Counted from the first letter of the stretch, positions 51,447 to 63,552 are shown. The stretch: 64,000 nt of DNA from Octopus sinensis (GCF_006345805.1 NC_043001.1:22568001-22632000); one strand, 5' to 3'. The notes: generated by a model from the sequence alone, not told the origin. Translations and numbers: made by a program.

Positions 51447-51730
51447 GAGAAAATAGCAAAGTATCAAGACCTAACCATTGAATTACAGGCGCTATGGAAA
51501 GTGCAGATAAAATGTATCCCTGTAGTTATAGGTGCATTAGGAACTATCCCCAAAGATCTGAATGGATGGATAGAGGAAATGGCATAAAACCTATTTTAAT
51601 GCAGTTCCAGACAACGGTGTTATTAGGGACAGCTTGGGTACTAAGGAAGGTCCTTGGCATCTAAGGTTACTTGTTGCCCAATGTTAGAAATTTTTCTTTT
51701 CCAGCAGTTTAATCTGTTATGCGTATATGA

Positions 51731-51768
<38 letters not shown>

Positions 51769-51781
51769 TAATAATAATAAT
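51447..51781 (+). mobile_element. R4/Dong-like REL-LINE family A 3' end with (AAT)n tail
   Basis: KIAKYQDLTIEL...CIPVVIGALGTIPK; homologous to 54040-54375. Confidence 0.85.
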
Positions 51782-52343
51782 ATAGTCCTGAGCCAGTACC
51801 AGGTAATGACTCTCATGGCTTTTGATCCTAACTGATTGGAAGTATATCATGTATATTGTTTTGTCTTGGTATAAAGGATGGGCTACAGCAAATATTCTGT
51901 TCAATACCACAGATTTGCTTGTCAGTTGTTTGACCTTAACCTGTTGAGCATGTCCCTTAGTGGTTGACGATATGTGCATCTCTGATCAGGAGCAGAAGTT
52001 GTGGAGGGGCATCATAGCCATGTGTTGTGAGGAATTCTCTGGGGTTTGAATAATTCACCTCTGGAAACATGGGTGTTTTGTTCATCATCCTTAAAATAAA
52101 CTTTATTCAGGGACCTTTTAAGCAGGATGAGCTACTCAACCTGAAGAAAATTCTAACTGAGCCCCACCTGCAAGGTCATGTGCTGTTTATTTTAATATGA
52201 GATCATTATGTCATGCACATATGGTTGTAATGCATGTGCCTGGTGTACCCTTATCAGACAGGTAGTCATGGTGGGTATATTGAGCTTTGTATATTTGTAC
52301 CCCAGTGTCCCTTTGATGCCATGCACTGCTCTCTCACTCAATA
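51782..52343 (+). repeat. Unclassified interspersed repeat bounded by (AAT)n (likely a LINE 3' UTR)
   Basis: Begins immediately after (AAT)n and ends ctctctcactcaataatactaat; no recognisable ORF. Confidence 0.4.
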
Positions 52344-52344
52344 A

Positions 52345-52812
52345 TACTAATTTCTTTTATTGGTTACGAGGGCCCTAGACATGGAAGACAATATCAGTGG
52401 ATGAGATACAACACATAAAACACACAAAAACAGGTGGAGTTTACATTGATAAAAGGGAGACACTACAATATTAAAGAATATAACAAAGGATATATAAATA
52501 AAAGTTAGGGAAATAAATAATTAATAAATGAATAGAATCTCCAAGTGTAGGGCAGTTTACTTTGGGTAATTTGGGCAAAACCCCATGCAAAAGACCTGGA
52601 TTACTCTGCCACCCCCAAGAAAAGCATACTCAGAGTAGATCCATTCAGTATTGTTACTCTTGTCCACTTTTTATTAAACACACTAGAAGGCAGCACCTCC
52701 CTCTCTACTCTCACTTTCCTCTTCAAATGATATTTGAAGAAATTGATAAGAGCTTGACCAGATAGGAAAAAGCTTGTCTTCAAACCTTTCAAATGGGTCC
52801 ACCACACAGCCT
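52345..52812 (-). mobile_element. Tx1/L1-clade LINE 3' fragment
   Basis: ALINFFKYHLKRKVRVERE...FNKKW C-terminal signature followed by an A-rich tail. Confidence 0.6.
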
Positions 52813-52836
52813 AATGATAATAATAATAATTATAAT

Positions 52837-53018
52837 AGTAATTTTAATATACACTACTAGAGCAGGAATTACTGTGGCTGCTGGCACCAGACTTACCCCC
52901 CAGTCAATCCTTGTTAATGGATTTGAAGTGTACGTGTACTCATTCCAATCATAGGTCCTCGACAGAGTCCCATGTTGTTGTTTTTCATCACTACTTTCCC
53001 TTGCCGAGAGTGGGTAAT
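52837..53018 (-). pseudogene. 18S rRNA pseudogene fragment
   Basis: Minus strand reads ATTACCCACTCTCGGC...GTAGTGATGAAAAA...TTGGAATGAGTAC...AAGTCTGGTGCCAGCAGCCACAGTAATTCCTGCTC...GTATATTAAA, colinear with the universal SSU segment around GTGCCAGCAGCCGCGGTAA. Confidence 0.9.
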
Positions 53019-53022
53019 ACTC

Positions 53023-53218
53023 AGGTTGAACAGCATGATAGAAGTGCAGCAACTGTAGTTGCAAAGAAGGTGAAATCAATAGCAAAGCAGAATGCATTTG
53101 AACAATTGGCTGATAGGTGGGAACAAAAACATCTGCATGGCAAATATGTGGCCTGCAGTAAACAAGCTGATGTAGACCAGAAGCACACCCATCAGTGATT
53201 ACAGATATCAGGGCTAAA
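53023..53218 (+). mobile_element. R4/Dong-like REL-LINE family B fragment
   Basis: RWEQKHLHGKYV...DVDQKHTHQ*LQISGLK. Confidence 0.75.
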
Positions 53219-53930
53219 GAACTAGAAAGGAATTCAATATGTATAGAGAACTCCACCCAGGGGCAGAAGTAGCAAGATTATACCTTCCAAGAAAGGAAGG
53301 ATGAAGAGGGTTAATATCAGTGGAAGACTGCATGGAGTTAGCTAGAGTAGATATAAACTCCTATGTAGGTAATAGTGAAGAAAGCTTATTAAAAGCTGCT
53401 AGAGTCACATCAAGACATAAGGAAACCAAAACACCAAATGAACTTAAAGACAAGAAAAAAAGAACAGAAATTATCTGACTGGCTGGAGAAGGTGTTGCAT
53501 GGTAGATTCCTAACGATAGCTTCAGCAAATAGTAGTAGTGAGACATGGTTATGGCTGCAGAAGGGAAAGTCGAAGAGGGAGACAAAGTTAGTTAGTAGCT
53601 GCACAAGATCAAGCATTAAGGACTAATTGGATAAAAGCCAAAATAGACAAAAGCCAAGTAGATTCCCAAAGTAGATTATGCAAATCAAAAGAGGAAATAG
53701 TAACTCATATAATAAGTGAATGTAGCACACTGGCACTGAAAGAATACAAGAAATGACATGACAATCTAGGGAGAGCAATCCACTAGGAGCTTTGAAGAAA
53801 GCTAGGATTTGAACCTACTGATAAATGGTATGAACATGCACCTAGTAAAGTACTAGAAAGTAAGAAATACAAGATGTGGGATTTTAACATTCAGACTGAC
53901 AGAGTAATAGAAGCTAGAAGGCCTGATTTG

Positions 53931-53964
<34 letters not shown>

Positions 53965-54324
53965 ATAAAGACAATAGAAAGTGCCAGATAATTGACTTTA
54001 CAGTCCCAAATGATGAAAAAATTAATATGAGAAGTATAGAAAAAATAGCAAAGTACCATGACCTAGCTATTGAATTATAGAGACTATGGAAAGTGTGCGT
54101 AAAATGTATCCCAGTAGTTATAGGTGCATTGGGAACAATCCCTAACGATCTGAACAGATGGATAGAAGAAATAGGCATAAAACTCAGTTTAGTATAGCCA
54201 CAGAAAACAGTGTTTTTAGGGCCAGCTAGGATACATAGGAGGGTTCTTGGCATCTAAGACAACTTGTTGTAACCCAATATTAGGATTCTTTTCTTTTCCA
54301 ACAGTCTAATCTGTTGAGTGTATA

Positions 54325-54364
<40 letters not shown>

Positions 54365-54375
54365 TAATAATAATT
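53219..54375 (+). mobile_element. R4/Dong-like REL-LINE family A 3' portion
   Basis: LHP...RLYLPRKEG*RGL, AAQDQALRTN, WDFNIQTDRVIEARRPDLVV, IPVVIGALG; (AAT)n tail. Confidence 0.9.
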
Positions 54376-55035
54376 AAGACATGACAGAGTTGGCCAATAT
54401 CTACACTGGCTAATAAGTCGGCATTACAATATTAAAACTGCCGACAAGTGGTATAATCACCACCCTGAAGCTGTAACTGAAGGAAAAAATGTAACAATTC
54501 TGTGGGACTTTCCAGTACATACAGACCGAACCATCAAAGTCAATAAACCAGATATTGTTGTGAAAGACCAAAACAATAAAGTTTGCTTATTGATCGACAT
54601 GAGCATCCCTTGTGATCATAATATCTCGGCGAAAGAGTTTGACAAGCTCAGAAAATATAAAGACCTACTCATTGAAATTGAGAAAATGTGGCATCTTAAG
54701 GCGGTTACAATACCAGTGATCGTAGGAGCACTAGGAATGATCAAGAAGGGAACCGAAAATTATATGAGAATGATTCCTGGCTTACCATCCCTGCAAGAAG
54801 TGCAAAAGATTGTCTTAACTGGCACATCACACGTATTGAGAAGAGCATTGTCGATGTGAGAACTATTACTACCCATGTATTTTAATTTAACTTAAAAAAA
54901 AAAAAATGAACGAACTATTGAGTTTAGTTTAATGGCCTACCAATGTATACTATGAGTTTCTTTGCCCTAGGAGTCGGGAAGACACTCGGCAAGAAATGGA
55001 AGCAAATTTGAAAGAGGAAAAAAAAAAAAAAATAA
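54376..55035 (+). mobile_element. R4/Dong-like REL-LINE family B 3' end
   Basis: Open frame RHDRVGQYLHW...LWDFPVHTDRTIKVNKPDIVVKD...IPVIVGALG...RALSM*, then 3' UTR and A-rich tail. Confidence 0.92.
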
Positions 55036-55969
55036 TAGTTTCAAATTTTGACTTAAAGCCAGCAGTTCTAAAGCAGGGATTAAGTTGATTATATTGAGCC
55101 CAGTATTCAACTGGTGCTATAAATTTAACAACCCCCTAAAGGATGAAAGGCAAAGTTAACTTCAGGGAATTTGAACTCAGAACGTAAAGAGGGACAAAAT
55201 GCCTGGTATGCTAATGATTTTGCCAGCTAACTGCCTTAATAATAATTATTAATCATCAGCATCATCATTTAATGTCTGTTTTCCATGCTGGCATGGGTTG
55301 GATGCTTTTACTGAAAACTGGTAAGCTGGGGAGCTGCACCAGGTTTCCAATCTTATTTGGCATGGTTTCTACAGCTGGATGCCCTTCCTAATGCCAACCA
55401 CTCCAAGAGTGTAGTGGGTGCTTTTTACGTGCCAGTTATGTAACACTGGCATTAGCCACAACTCTGATCTCAAAGCATGGTATATCACCAAAAGTCTCAG
55501 TCACCTGTCACTGCCTCCATGAGGCCCAATATTTGAATAGTGCTTTTTACATGCCACCAGCACAGATACCAGTTATATGACACCGGCATCAGCCATGACT
55601 ATGATTTCACTTAGCTTGACAGGTCTTCTCAAGCATAGCATATCGCCTAACAATCAAAGGGTGCTTTTTATGTACCAGTTATGCAACACTGGCATTGGCC
55701 TATGACTATTATCTCACTCAGCATGAAGGGTCTTTTTTTCCCCAACAATTTAATCTGTTGTGCATATATGAAATAATAATCCTTTCTACTATAGGTACAA
55801 GGCCTGAAATTTTGTTGATTACATCAACCCCAGGACTCAACTGATACTTATTTTATTGACCCTGAAAGGATGAAAGGCAAAGTCAACCTCAGTGGAATTT
55901 GAACTCATAATGTAGCAATGGGTGAAATACCACTAATGATTCTGCCAACTTGCTGCCTTATATGAGATA

Positions 55970-56710
55970 ATCATCATCATTGTCCTCGTCATCGTTGTTG
56001 TCGTCATCATCGTTTAACATCTGCTTTCCATGCTAGCATGGGTTGGACGATTTGACTGAGGACTGGCAAACCAGATGGCTGCACCATGCTCCAATCTTGA
56101 TCTGGCAAGGTTTCTACAGCTGGATGCCCTTCCTAACACCAACCACTCCGAGAGTGTAGTGGGTGCTTTTATGTGCCACCGGCACAAGGGCCAGTCAAGG
56201 CAGTACTGGCAACGGCCATGCTCAAATGGTGTTCTCTACGTGCCACCTGCATAGGAGCCAGTCCAGCGGCACTAGAAACGATCACGCTCGAATGTTTTTT
56301 CATCTGCCACCAACACAAGTGCCAGTAAGGTGATACTGGTAACAATCATTCTCAAATGGTGTTTTTTTACATGCCACTGGCACAGAAGCCAGTTAGCCGT
56401 TCTGGCAACAATCATGCTCGGATGGTGCTCTTAGCGCTCCACTAGCACGGATGCCAGTCATCGAATTTGATTTTGATTTCACTTGCCTCAACAGGTCTTC
56501 GCAAGCAGAGTTTAGTGTCCAATGAAGGAAAGGTACGCATAAGTGGACTAGTGACACCCCTGGCATAGACCATGAGGTTATGGTCTCATTTGGCTTGCCA
56601 GGTCTTCTCAAGCAAAGCATATTTCCAAAAGTCTCAGTCACTAGTCATTGCCTCGGTGAGGCCTAATATTTGAAGGTCAAGCTTCACCACTTCATCCCAG
56701 GTCTTCCTGG
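55970..56710 (-). mobile_element. RTE LINE 3' end
   Basis: KTWDEVVKLDLQILGL relic, 3' UTR array and tail. Confidence 0.88.
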
Positions 56711-57526
56711 ATAAAAATTAATTGTTTGTAATATAGGCACAAGGCCTGATTTTCTTTAGGTGAAGGGGGTTAGTCGATATCATTGATCCTAATAATGACC
56801 CTGAATGGGTAAAAAGCAATAGTAACCTTATCGTATTTGAACTTAGAACATAAAGAGGCAAAAGAAAACCACAAAACATTTTGTCTGATGCTCTAACAAG
56901 TCTATAAAATAAGTGTCATTTATATTAATATGAAATGAACAGGAGCTACTAGTGAAAGAGATCTGATTGACCCAGTTATGCATGTACAATAAAAGACTTT
57001 GGTACTTACCAATATAAACTATTGTACAAGTAATAGATATATGTAATGATACATATGTATTTTAAATGGACAATATGTCTCTACTAGACTGTAACTGTGT
57101 TAATTTCAACACAAAGACTCTAGTCATGTAGGTACTGTAAAGAAATAATACTATATTCTATCTTTTATTTTTATTTGTGTCAGTCATTGGACTGTGGCCT
57201 TGTTGGGGCATTGCAATGAAGGACCTTTTTGTTGAATAAATTGACCCTTGTAATTACTTTTTAGAGTCATGATCTTATTTTATTGGTCACTTTTGCTGAA
57301 CTGCTAAGTTACAGAGACATAAACAAACCAACACCTAGTGACCTCACTAGTACCAATGGCATGGAGAAAAGCACCCAGTAAGCTCTGTAAAGTGGTTGGC
57401 ATTAGGAAGAGCATCCAGCCATTAAAACCATGCCAATGCTGACAATGGATCTTGATACAGCCTTACAATTCTCCAGATTCTGTTAAACTGTCCAACCCAT
57501 ACCAGCATGGAAAATGGATGTTAAAA

Positions 57527-57559
<33 letters not shown>

Positions 57560-57604
57560 ATACATATTCCTGAATTGAACCAGTCTCTGAAGAGTCTGTA
57601 GAAA

Positions 57605-58030
57605 TAAATTCTTATTTTTTTATTACCCACAAGGGGCTAAACACAGAGGGGACAAACAAGGACAGACAAATGGATTAAGTTGATTACATCGACCCCAGTG
57701 CGTAACTGATACTTAATTTATCGACCCTGAAAGGATGAAAGGCAAAGTCAACCTCGGAGTAGTTTGAACTCAGAATGTAATGGCAGACGAAATACCTATT
57801 TCTTTACTACCCACAAGGGGCTAAACACAGAGGACAAACAAGGACAGACAAACGAATTAAGCTGATTATATCGACCCCAGTGCGTAACTGGTACTTAATT
57901 TTATCGACCCTGAAAGGATGAAAGGCAAAATCAACCTTGGCACAATTTGAACTCTGAACGTAACGGCAGACGAAATACCGTTAAACATTTCGCCCGGCGT
58001 GCTAACGTTTCTGCTAGCTCTCCGCCTTCA
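57605..58030 (-). mobile_element. SINE family 2 with a duplicated body
   Basis: One head plus two body units. Confidence 0.9.
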
Positions 58031-58437
58031 TAGAAATAAATTCTGTCATAAAATAAGGCTTATTGTTACCAACAGCAGTACCAGATCAGAAAGTTCTAAC
58101 TTTATTGAACTTGGCAGCAATACTTGTGATCATAAACACAGTTTAAAATAAAAAGCTTCGAGCTACACTTTGATATTTATAGTTTGAGAAATCTTTCAAA
58201 GTCAAAAGTTAATTTAATACCTATATAGTTGCTACAAAGATCAGAGTAGACAAGAATTTTAAGTCAAACTATTAGATGAAGCCAACCAAAAGCCTCTACT
58301 GATCATATAACTTCATATTAATGTCAACAGTGAATTCTATACTCCTAAATAAATATAAGAAATTTTGATGCTGTGGAAAAGATGAAGAAAACAAAAAAGT
58401 CAATGATGGTCACCAATACTATGAAATTCTTCATTAT

Positions 58438-58601
58438 AGGCACAGGAGTGGCTGTGTGGTAAGTAGTTTGCTTACCAACCACATGGTTCTGGGTTTGGTC
58501 CCACTGCGTGGCACCTTGGGCAAGTGTCTTCTACTATAGCCTCGGGCTGACCAAAGCCTTGTGAGTCGATTCGGTAGATGGAAACTGAAAGAAGCCTATT
58601 G

Positions 58602-58646
<45 letters not shown>

Positions 58647-58842
58647 CTGTCCCCACAACATCGCTTAACAACCGATGCTGGTGTGTTTACATCCCCGTAA
58701 CTTAGCGGTTCGGCAAAAGAGACCGATAGAATTAGTACTAGGCTTACAAAGAATAAGTCCTGGGGTCGATTTGCTTGACTAAAGGCAGTACTCCAGCATG
58801 GCCACAGTCAAATGACTAAAACAAGTAAAAGAGTAAGAGAGT
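58438..58842 (+). mobile_element. tRNA-derived SINE family 1
   Basis: Full-length copy with A/B boxes. Confidence 0.9.
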
Positions 58843-59029
58843 ATATACTGTTCTCTTCTCATGGCATTGAGTAAATGTTTTTTGGTCTTAGTGATCTGAG
58901 TTATCCTTATTCGTATTGTGTCTAGAGAGATTCATTATGTCATTATTAACACACACACTGGTTCGATTCCACTTCTTTATTATTAGTCAACTGGTTAAAT
59001 ATCCAACTAACTAATCAGTTGTTTGTCCA

Positions 59030-59540
59030 AGACCTTGTTGCGTGCATGTGTGTGCATGCCAGCATGCAAGTGTGCTTGCATATGTATGTATGTATGCATG
59101 TATGTATTCTTTTGTGTATACCTGTGTCTGCACATGTTTGCTTGTGTATTTGTGTATGTATGCATGTGTGTGTAATTGTGTACTTCTGCTTCTATGTGTG
59201 TGTCTGGACATGTGAGTTTGTGTGTAAGTTCACCTGTTGTGTATGCATGCTTACATATATCTGTGTGTGCCTGTGCATGCATGTGTGTATGTGCATACAT
59301 GTAGTGTGTGTGTGTGTATATGTGCATGCCTGTCTGTACTACCTATTTACCTACTTATCTACCTACCTCCCTATCTGCCTATCTATCTACTTACCTACCT
59401 ACCTGTTTATTTGCCTTTCTCCCCACCTATCTACCTACCTACATAATTAACTAAGTAACTAACAATCTATATAACTAATCTAACCACCTAAAATCTCACA
59501 TACTTACCTACCTACCTATTTACCTACTTGACTGCCTACT
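59030..59540. repeat. Degenerate (TG/TATG)n followed by (CCTA)n low-complexity DNA
   Basis: Direct reading; the source of the spurious Cys/Val/His/Thr ORFs. Confidence 0.9.
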
Positions 59541-59803
59541 TATGAATGTACCTGTGTGTGTACGCTGTGTAGGTGGTATCCATGGCAATGAGATGCATTG
59601 GATAACTTAGAGCTTATCAAGAATCTAGTGATGTTAATTTCTTGTGACACTCACAAATATAACAGAACAAATGGAAAAAGCATGAAAAAATACTTACAAG
59701 ACAAACCAGACCCAATGCTTTAAATATTGATTTCTAATTTTGGCCTAATGTTTTAAATATTGATATATAATATAATGAAATTATTGTATACAGTGCTCAA
59801 GTG

Positions 59804-60199
59804 ACTTGGCAGACACCCATAAAATTATCAACCATCGCACAAACAATAACTCTGAGAACCTCTTCAAACTCCACCCATCTAACACCCGTGGACATATTTA
59901 CAAAGTAAGAAAACAGCACAGCTCCCATGACTTCAGGAAACATTTTTTCACGCTGAGAGTTGCTGAAGCGTGGAACAAACTGCCGGCATCGGTTGTTAGT
60001 TGTCGGAGCACTGCATCCTTCAAAACTTCCATGCTTCCTGAGATTCGCCAACACTACACTTGATTTTCTCCCCTCCATACACACACAAGCATGTTCACTT
60101 TCCAGACATTTCTACACTACTGCATGTACTTTATATGCACTTTCTGACAAGTTGTGGTGCACCTGAGCACTGTATACAATAATTTCATTATATTATATT
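59804..60199 (+). mobile_element. CR1 LINE 3' fragment inserted antisense into the tail of a same-family copy
   Basis: TRGHIYKVRKQ...FFTLRVAEAWNKLP plus 3' UTR; flanked by AAGTG at 59799-59803 and 60200-60204. Confidence 0.9.
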
Positions 60200-60745
60200 A
60201 AGTGCACCACAACTTGTCAAAAGTGTGTATAAAGCATATGCAGTAATGTACAAATGTCTGGAAAGCGAACAGTGTACGAGTCAAATACATGCTTGCGTGT
60301 GTATGGAGGGGAGAAAATCAGGTGTAGTGTTGGTGAATCTCAGGAAGCATGGAAATTTTGAAGGATGCAGTGCTCCGACAACTAACAACTGATGCCAGCA
60401 GTCTGTTCCCTGCTTCAGCAACTCTTAGCATGAAAAAATGTTTCCGAAAGTCATGGGAGCTGTGCTGTTTTCTGACTTTGTAAACATGTCCACGGGTGTT
60501 AGACAGGTGGAGTTTGAAAAGGTGCTCAGAATTATTGTTTGTGCGATGGTTAATAATTTTATGGGTGTCTGCCAAGTCAGCTGCCAGATGTCGGAGGAGT
60601 TGCAATGTGTCCATGCCCAGGGAAGTAAGGTGTTCAGAATATGGCAAATGCCTGATGGAGGGTATTCTCTTGGTTGCATGTCACTGAAAGGCTTTCAGAT
60701 GATTAATATCCTGGGCAAGATAGGGGTTCCAGACCAGTGGAATAT
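60200..60745 (-). mobile_element. CR1 LINE 3' fragment (its terminal ~33 bp are displaced to 59771-59803)
   Basis: PYSEHLTSLGMDTL...TRGHVYKVRKQ...FFMLRV; same family as 4803-5395. Confidence 0.9.
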
Positions 60746-61749
60746 GAATTTACATGATGTAAGAAAATGCTTTAAAAATTATTTAGAAAATTGAATTTAT
60801 TTTTCATCATTTGAAATTATCTCATCTCTTAATATCAACAGGAAGTTTCTATTTCTTAGTGTCACTTGAATATCTTATTTAAACTACATTTAATATCCTG
60901 GTGACTGGCAGTCTAAGTTGATCAGGTAATGAATTATCCTGTGATGAATTGACCAATGTGGAAGTGACCAGATGTCCTGTTAATATGCCTGTGATCCCAT
61001 TGATTGGTTGTGTCAAGTAGAAAGAAATAAGTTCTCCAATACATCTCTCCTATTTTTGTAAAGCAAAGCCTCTTCTTAGAAAATGCTGATATTTTATGTT
61101 TCCTGTTGCTAGTTAGCGTTTTAGTCCTTTTCAGGCCGGGCTACAGACTTTTGAGCTCATGACCATTCTTCTATGGTTAGAGCTTTATTTATCTAAAAAA
61201 AGTTTTTGTGTGGTTTTGTCTAAAAGGAGAAGCTGAGCTCATTCCCTTTGCAGGGCCTCAAAAATTGGAGAAATCCACATAATCAATATTTTTCGTGAAT
61301 TACTGCAAGTTGAAAGCTATAGGAAATACAAGTTTACAGCTGTAGGAAATACAAAAGATAATACAAGGCCTTCTCTAGAATGGAAAATACCAAGTAGTGT
61401 TATTTTGTACTGAGGACATTTCTTGAAGCATTTGTGATTCCAAACTAAACCTTATCCAAAGTAAACCTATTGACCATTCACTCTACCAAAACTTACAACT
61501 ACTTTGATATTTTATCCACCAGTTTGAGACTTCTGTAACTGATCTTCTCTAGTTGCCTTTGTAACAATTTGAGACAACATTGTTATACTAGTCAAGTAAC
61601 TAACGCAGTCCCTACATAATCGTTTTTTTTAAACATGAATTTACAGCTTCCTCTACATTTATCTCATTGATTATCTTTATAAGAAAGATGAAATAACCCT
61701 CAATAGCTGTCCTATTATTTTTACTGTCATTCATATCACACATTCAAAA

Positions 61750-63120
61750 CTCATTTTATAATAACTTTTTCGTGATTCTTTCCTTTTATTATGAACAAGA
61801 ACGTATGCAACAGTATGTACTGGAGCACATTTCTTCCCAATGGTTTATAAAATCTTTGAGTCTTGCAATCAGGATTATTTTCTTGCTTCTCATTCTCAAA
61901 ATAAACCTCCAATTCTCTCTCAGTTTTTTTTCTTGACTGAATAAACCTAACGTATTGCTCCCCGTTTAGGTTTCTCACCATTCAGAAATCACAGAACAAT
62001 CTATAAATCTGATATAGAAAGATAAGTTGAATTTCTTCATTAGTAATATTCGATTTCCAAATGTTTGATGTAATATATATTAATTAAAAGCTTGCTCAGT
62101 GTTGGAACCGGAGATAAGTAAAGTCAAATAATGCTTAAATAGATTAATCGTAAACTTTAATTTATTGTTAACTTCCAAAATTTTATACTTAATCAGATAT
62201 CTATTTCTCTAAGAGTACGATTTTAATAACTAATATCGGAGAAAACGTGTTCAAAGCTAAAATTCCTCGAGATCAATTCAGCCTTACATCCTCTCTGGGT
62301 TGATAAAAATAAAGAACTGGCATCGATTCCTTTTAGGTACCCCGAGATGTGAATGGAATTATAATAGAACATATTTCTTGGAGAATACTTCTCTAAAAAC
62401 CTAGAAAACTAGAGTTATCTGTTCATGGCGTAGTACTAACTTGGCGAACTCACATCGGGGAAAAGTAGTTCTATAAAATATTACCGACAACTCTCATGTA
62501 TATTAGCAATTACTTTGACCAGCAGTTTACAAGTGGTGAAATTATTTTATCAATGGAAAGACTTGTCACTTCTGGAATTAAATTAAAGACGCAGTTCGAA
62601 TGTTTTTCCGATCCCAGAAACACATTAGTCATAAAAGCTGACATCATGGCGGAACAAACTGCTTGAAACACTCCAAATCTACCGCATCTTGTTTTAAAAT
62701 TTGAAGTTGTCATTTCCTCCAGTTCTAATACATTCTCCCGGATTAACTTATATATGCTATTTATCACAATATCTGCAATGAAAGGCTGACTTTATATGTG
62801 GGAATATTTTACTGAAATTCATGTCAGTCGGTGCCCTAAAACCACAAGATTAGCTGGAAGCTTGTTATTATCACAAGCGAGGTTTTTTAAAATTTCCCCT
62901 ATCTCCATATGGCAAATTGGTTAAATTGAAACTTAAAGATTCCTGTATTTGTTACATGTATCCTACTGTTGGACAGAACTCACGAGAAAGTGGTTGAGTT
63001 CATCTTCAATGAATGCCTACTTCAACAAAATATGTAGTCTCTCAGTGGCGAAGGATTTGGAGTTCAAAATCTCGACCTTGGATTTCTGCTCTTTGTTGAG
63101 GCAAGTTTTAACATTTTTTT
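61750..63120 (-). pseudogene. Decayed ORF of unknown origin; tentative negative-strand RNA virus RdRp-like endogenous element
   Basis: Unique DNA; one frame is protein-like over about 200 codons with scattered stops; motif-like KEQ..EI..IED, DNNK, GRFGVFQ..CS, SIDK and EF occur in order. Confidence 0.3.
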
Positions 63121-63552
63121 ATTCAACAATATAAATTCAATTCAAATACATTAAACTTGTTCTTCTTTAAATCATAACTATTCGTTCTCATGCGTGCATG
63201 AATACATTTCTTTCCTCCTAACACTAAACCTTACGTTCACCAAGTGGTCTGTGGCGACTGCTTTGAAACGAATAATCTTTCCCTACAACTAAGCTTTACG
63301 TGTCCCCGAAATACACCTAAATCTGGACCCCTTTTTTCAATGTCGAGACTTTATTTTCCCAAACTGACACTACTCCTTTCCTCTTCCTATCATTGTCATT
63401 TATAGAAATGTTCCTACATACTTTTTCTACTTGAAATTTATAATTCAATTCGTAACTGACTAACGTTTAAAGCATGCATGAAAAAACCTATTAAAAACAC
63501 TATTCAGAACGAAACACTACACACACGCACATATATACATATATATATAATG

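Larger units (their letters stand above)
1630..57560. repeat. Dispersed short RTE tails (family-level entry)
   Basis: Further copies, approximate. Plus: 1630-1812, 7495-7560, 22640-22850, 28470-28870, 37590-37948, 43770-44192, 44830-45240, 48090-48310, 51130-51390, 57350-57560. Minus: 1920-2240, 5400-5580, 7655-7950, 16720-16880, 18030-18200, 22065-22530, 23035-23330, 24220-24420, 35595-35815, 55255-55720. Confidence 0.9.
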
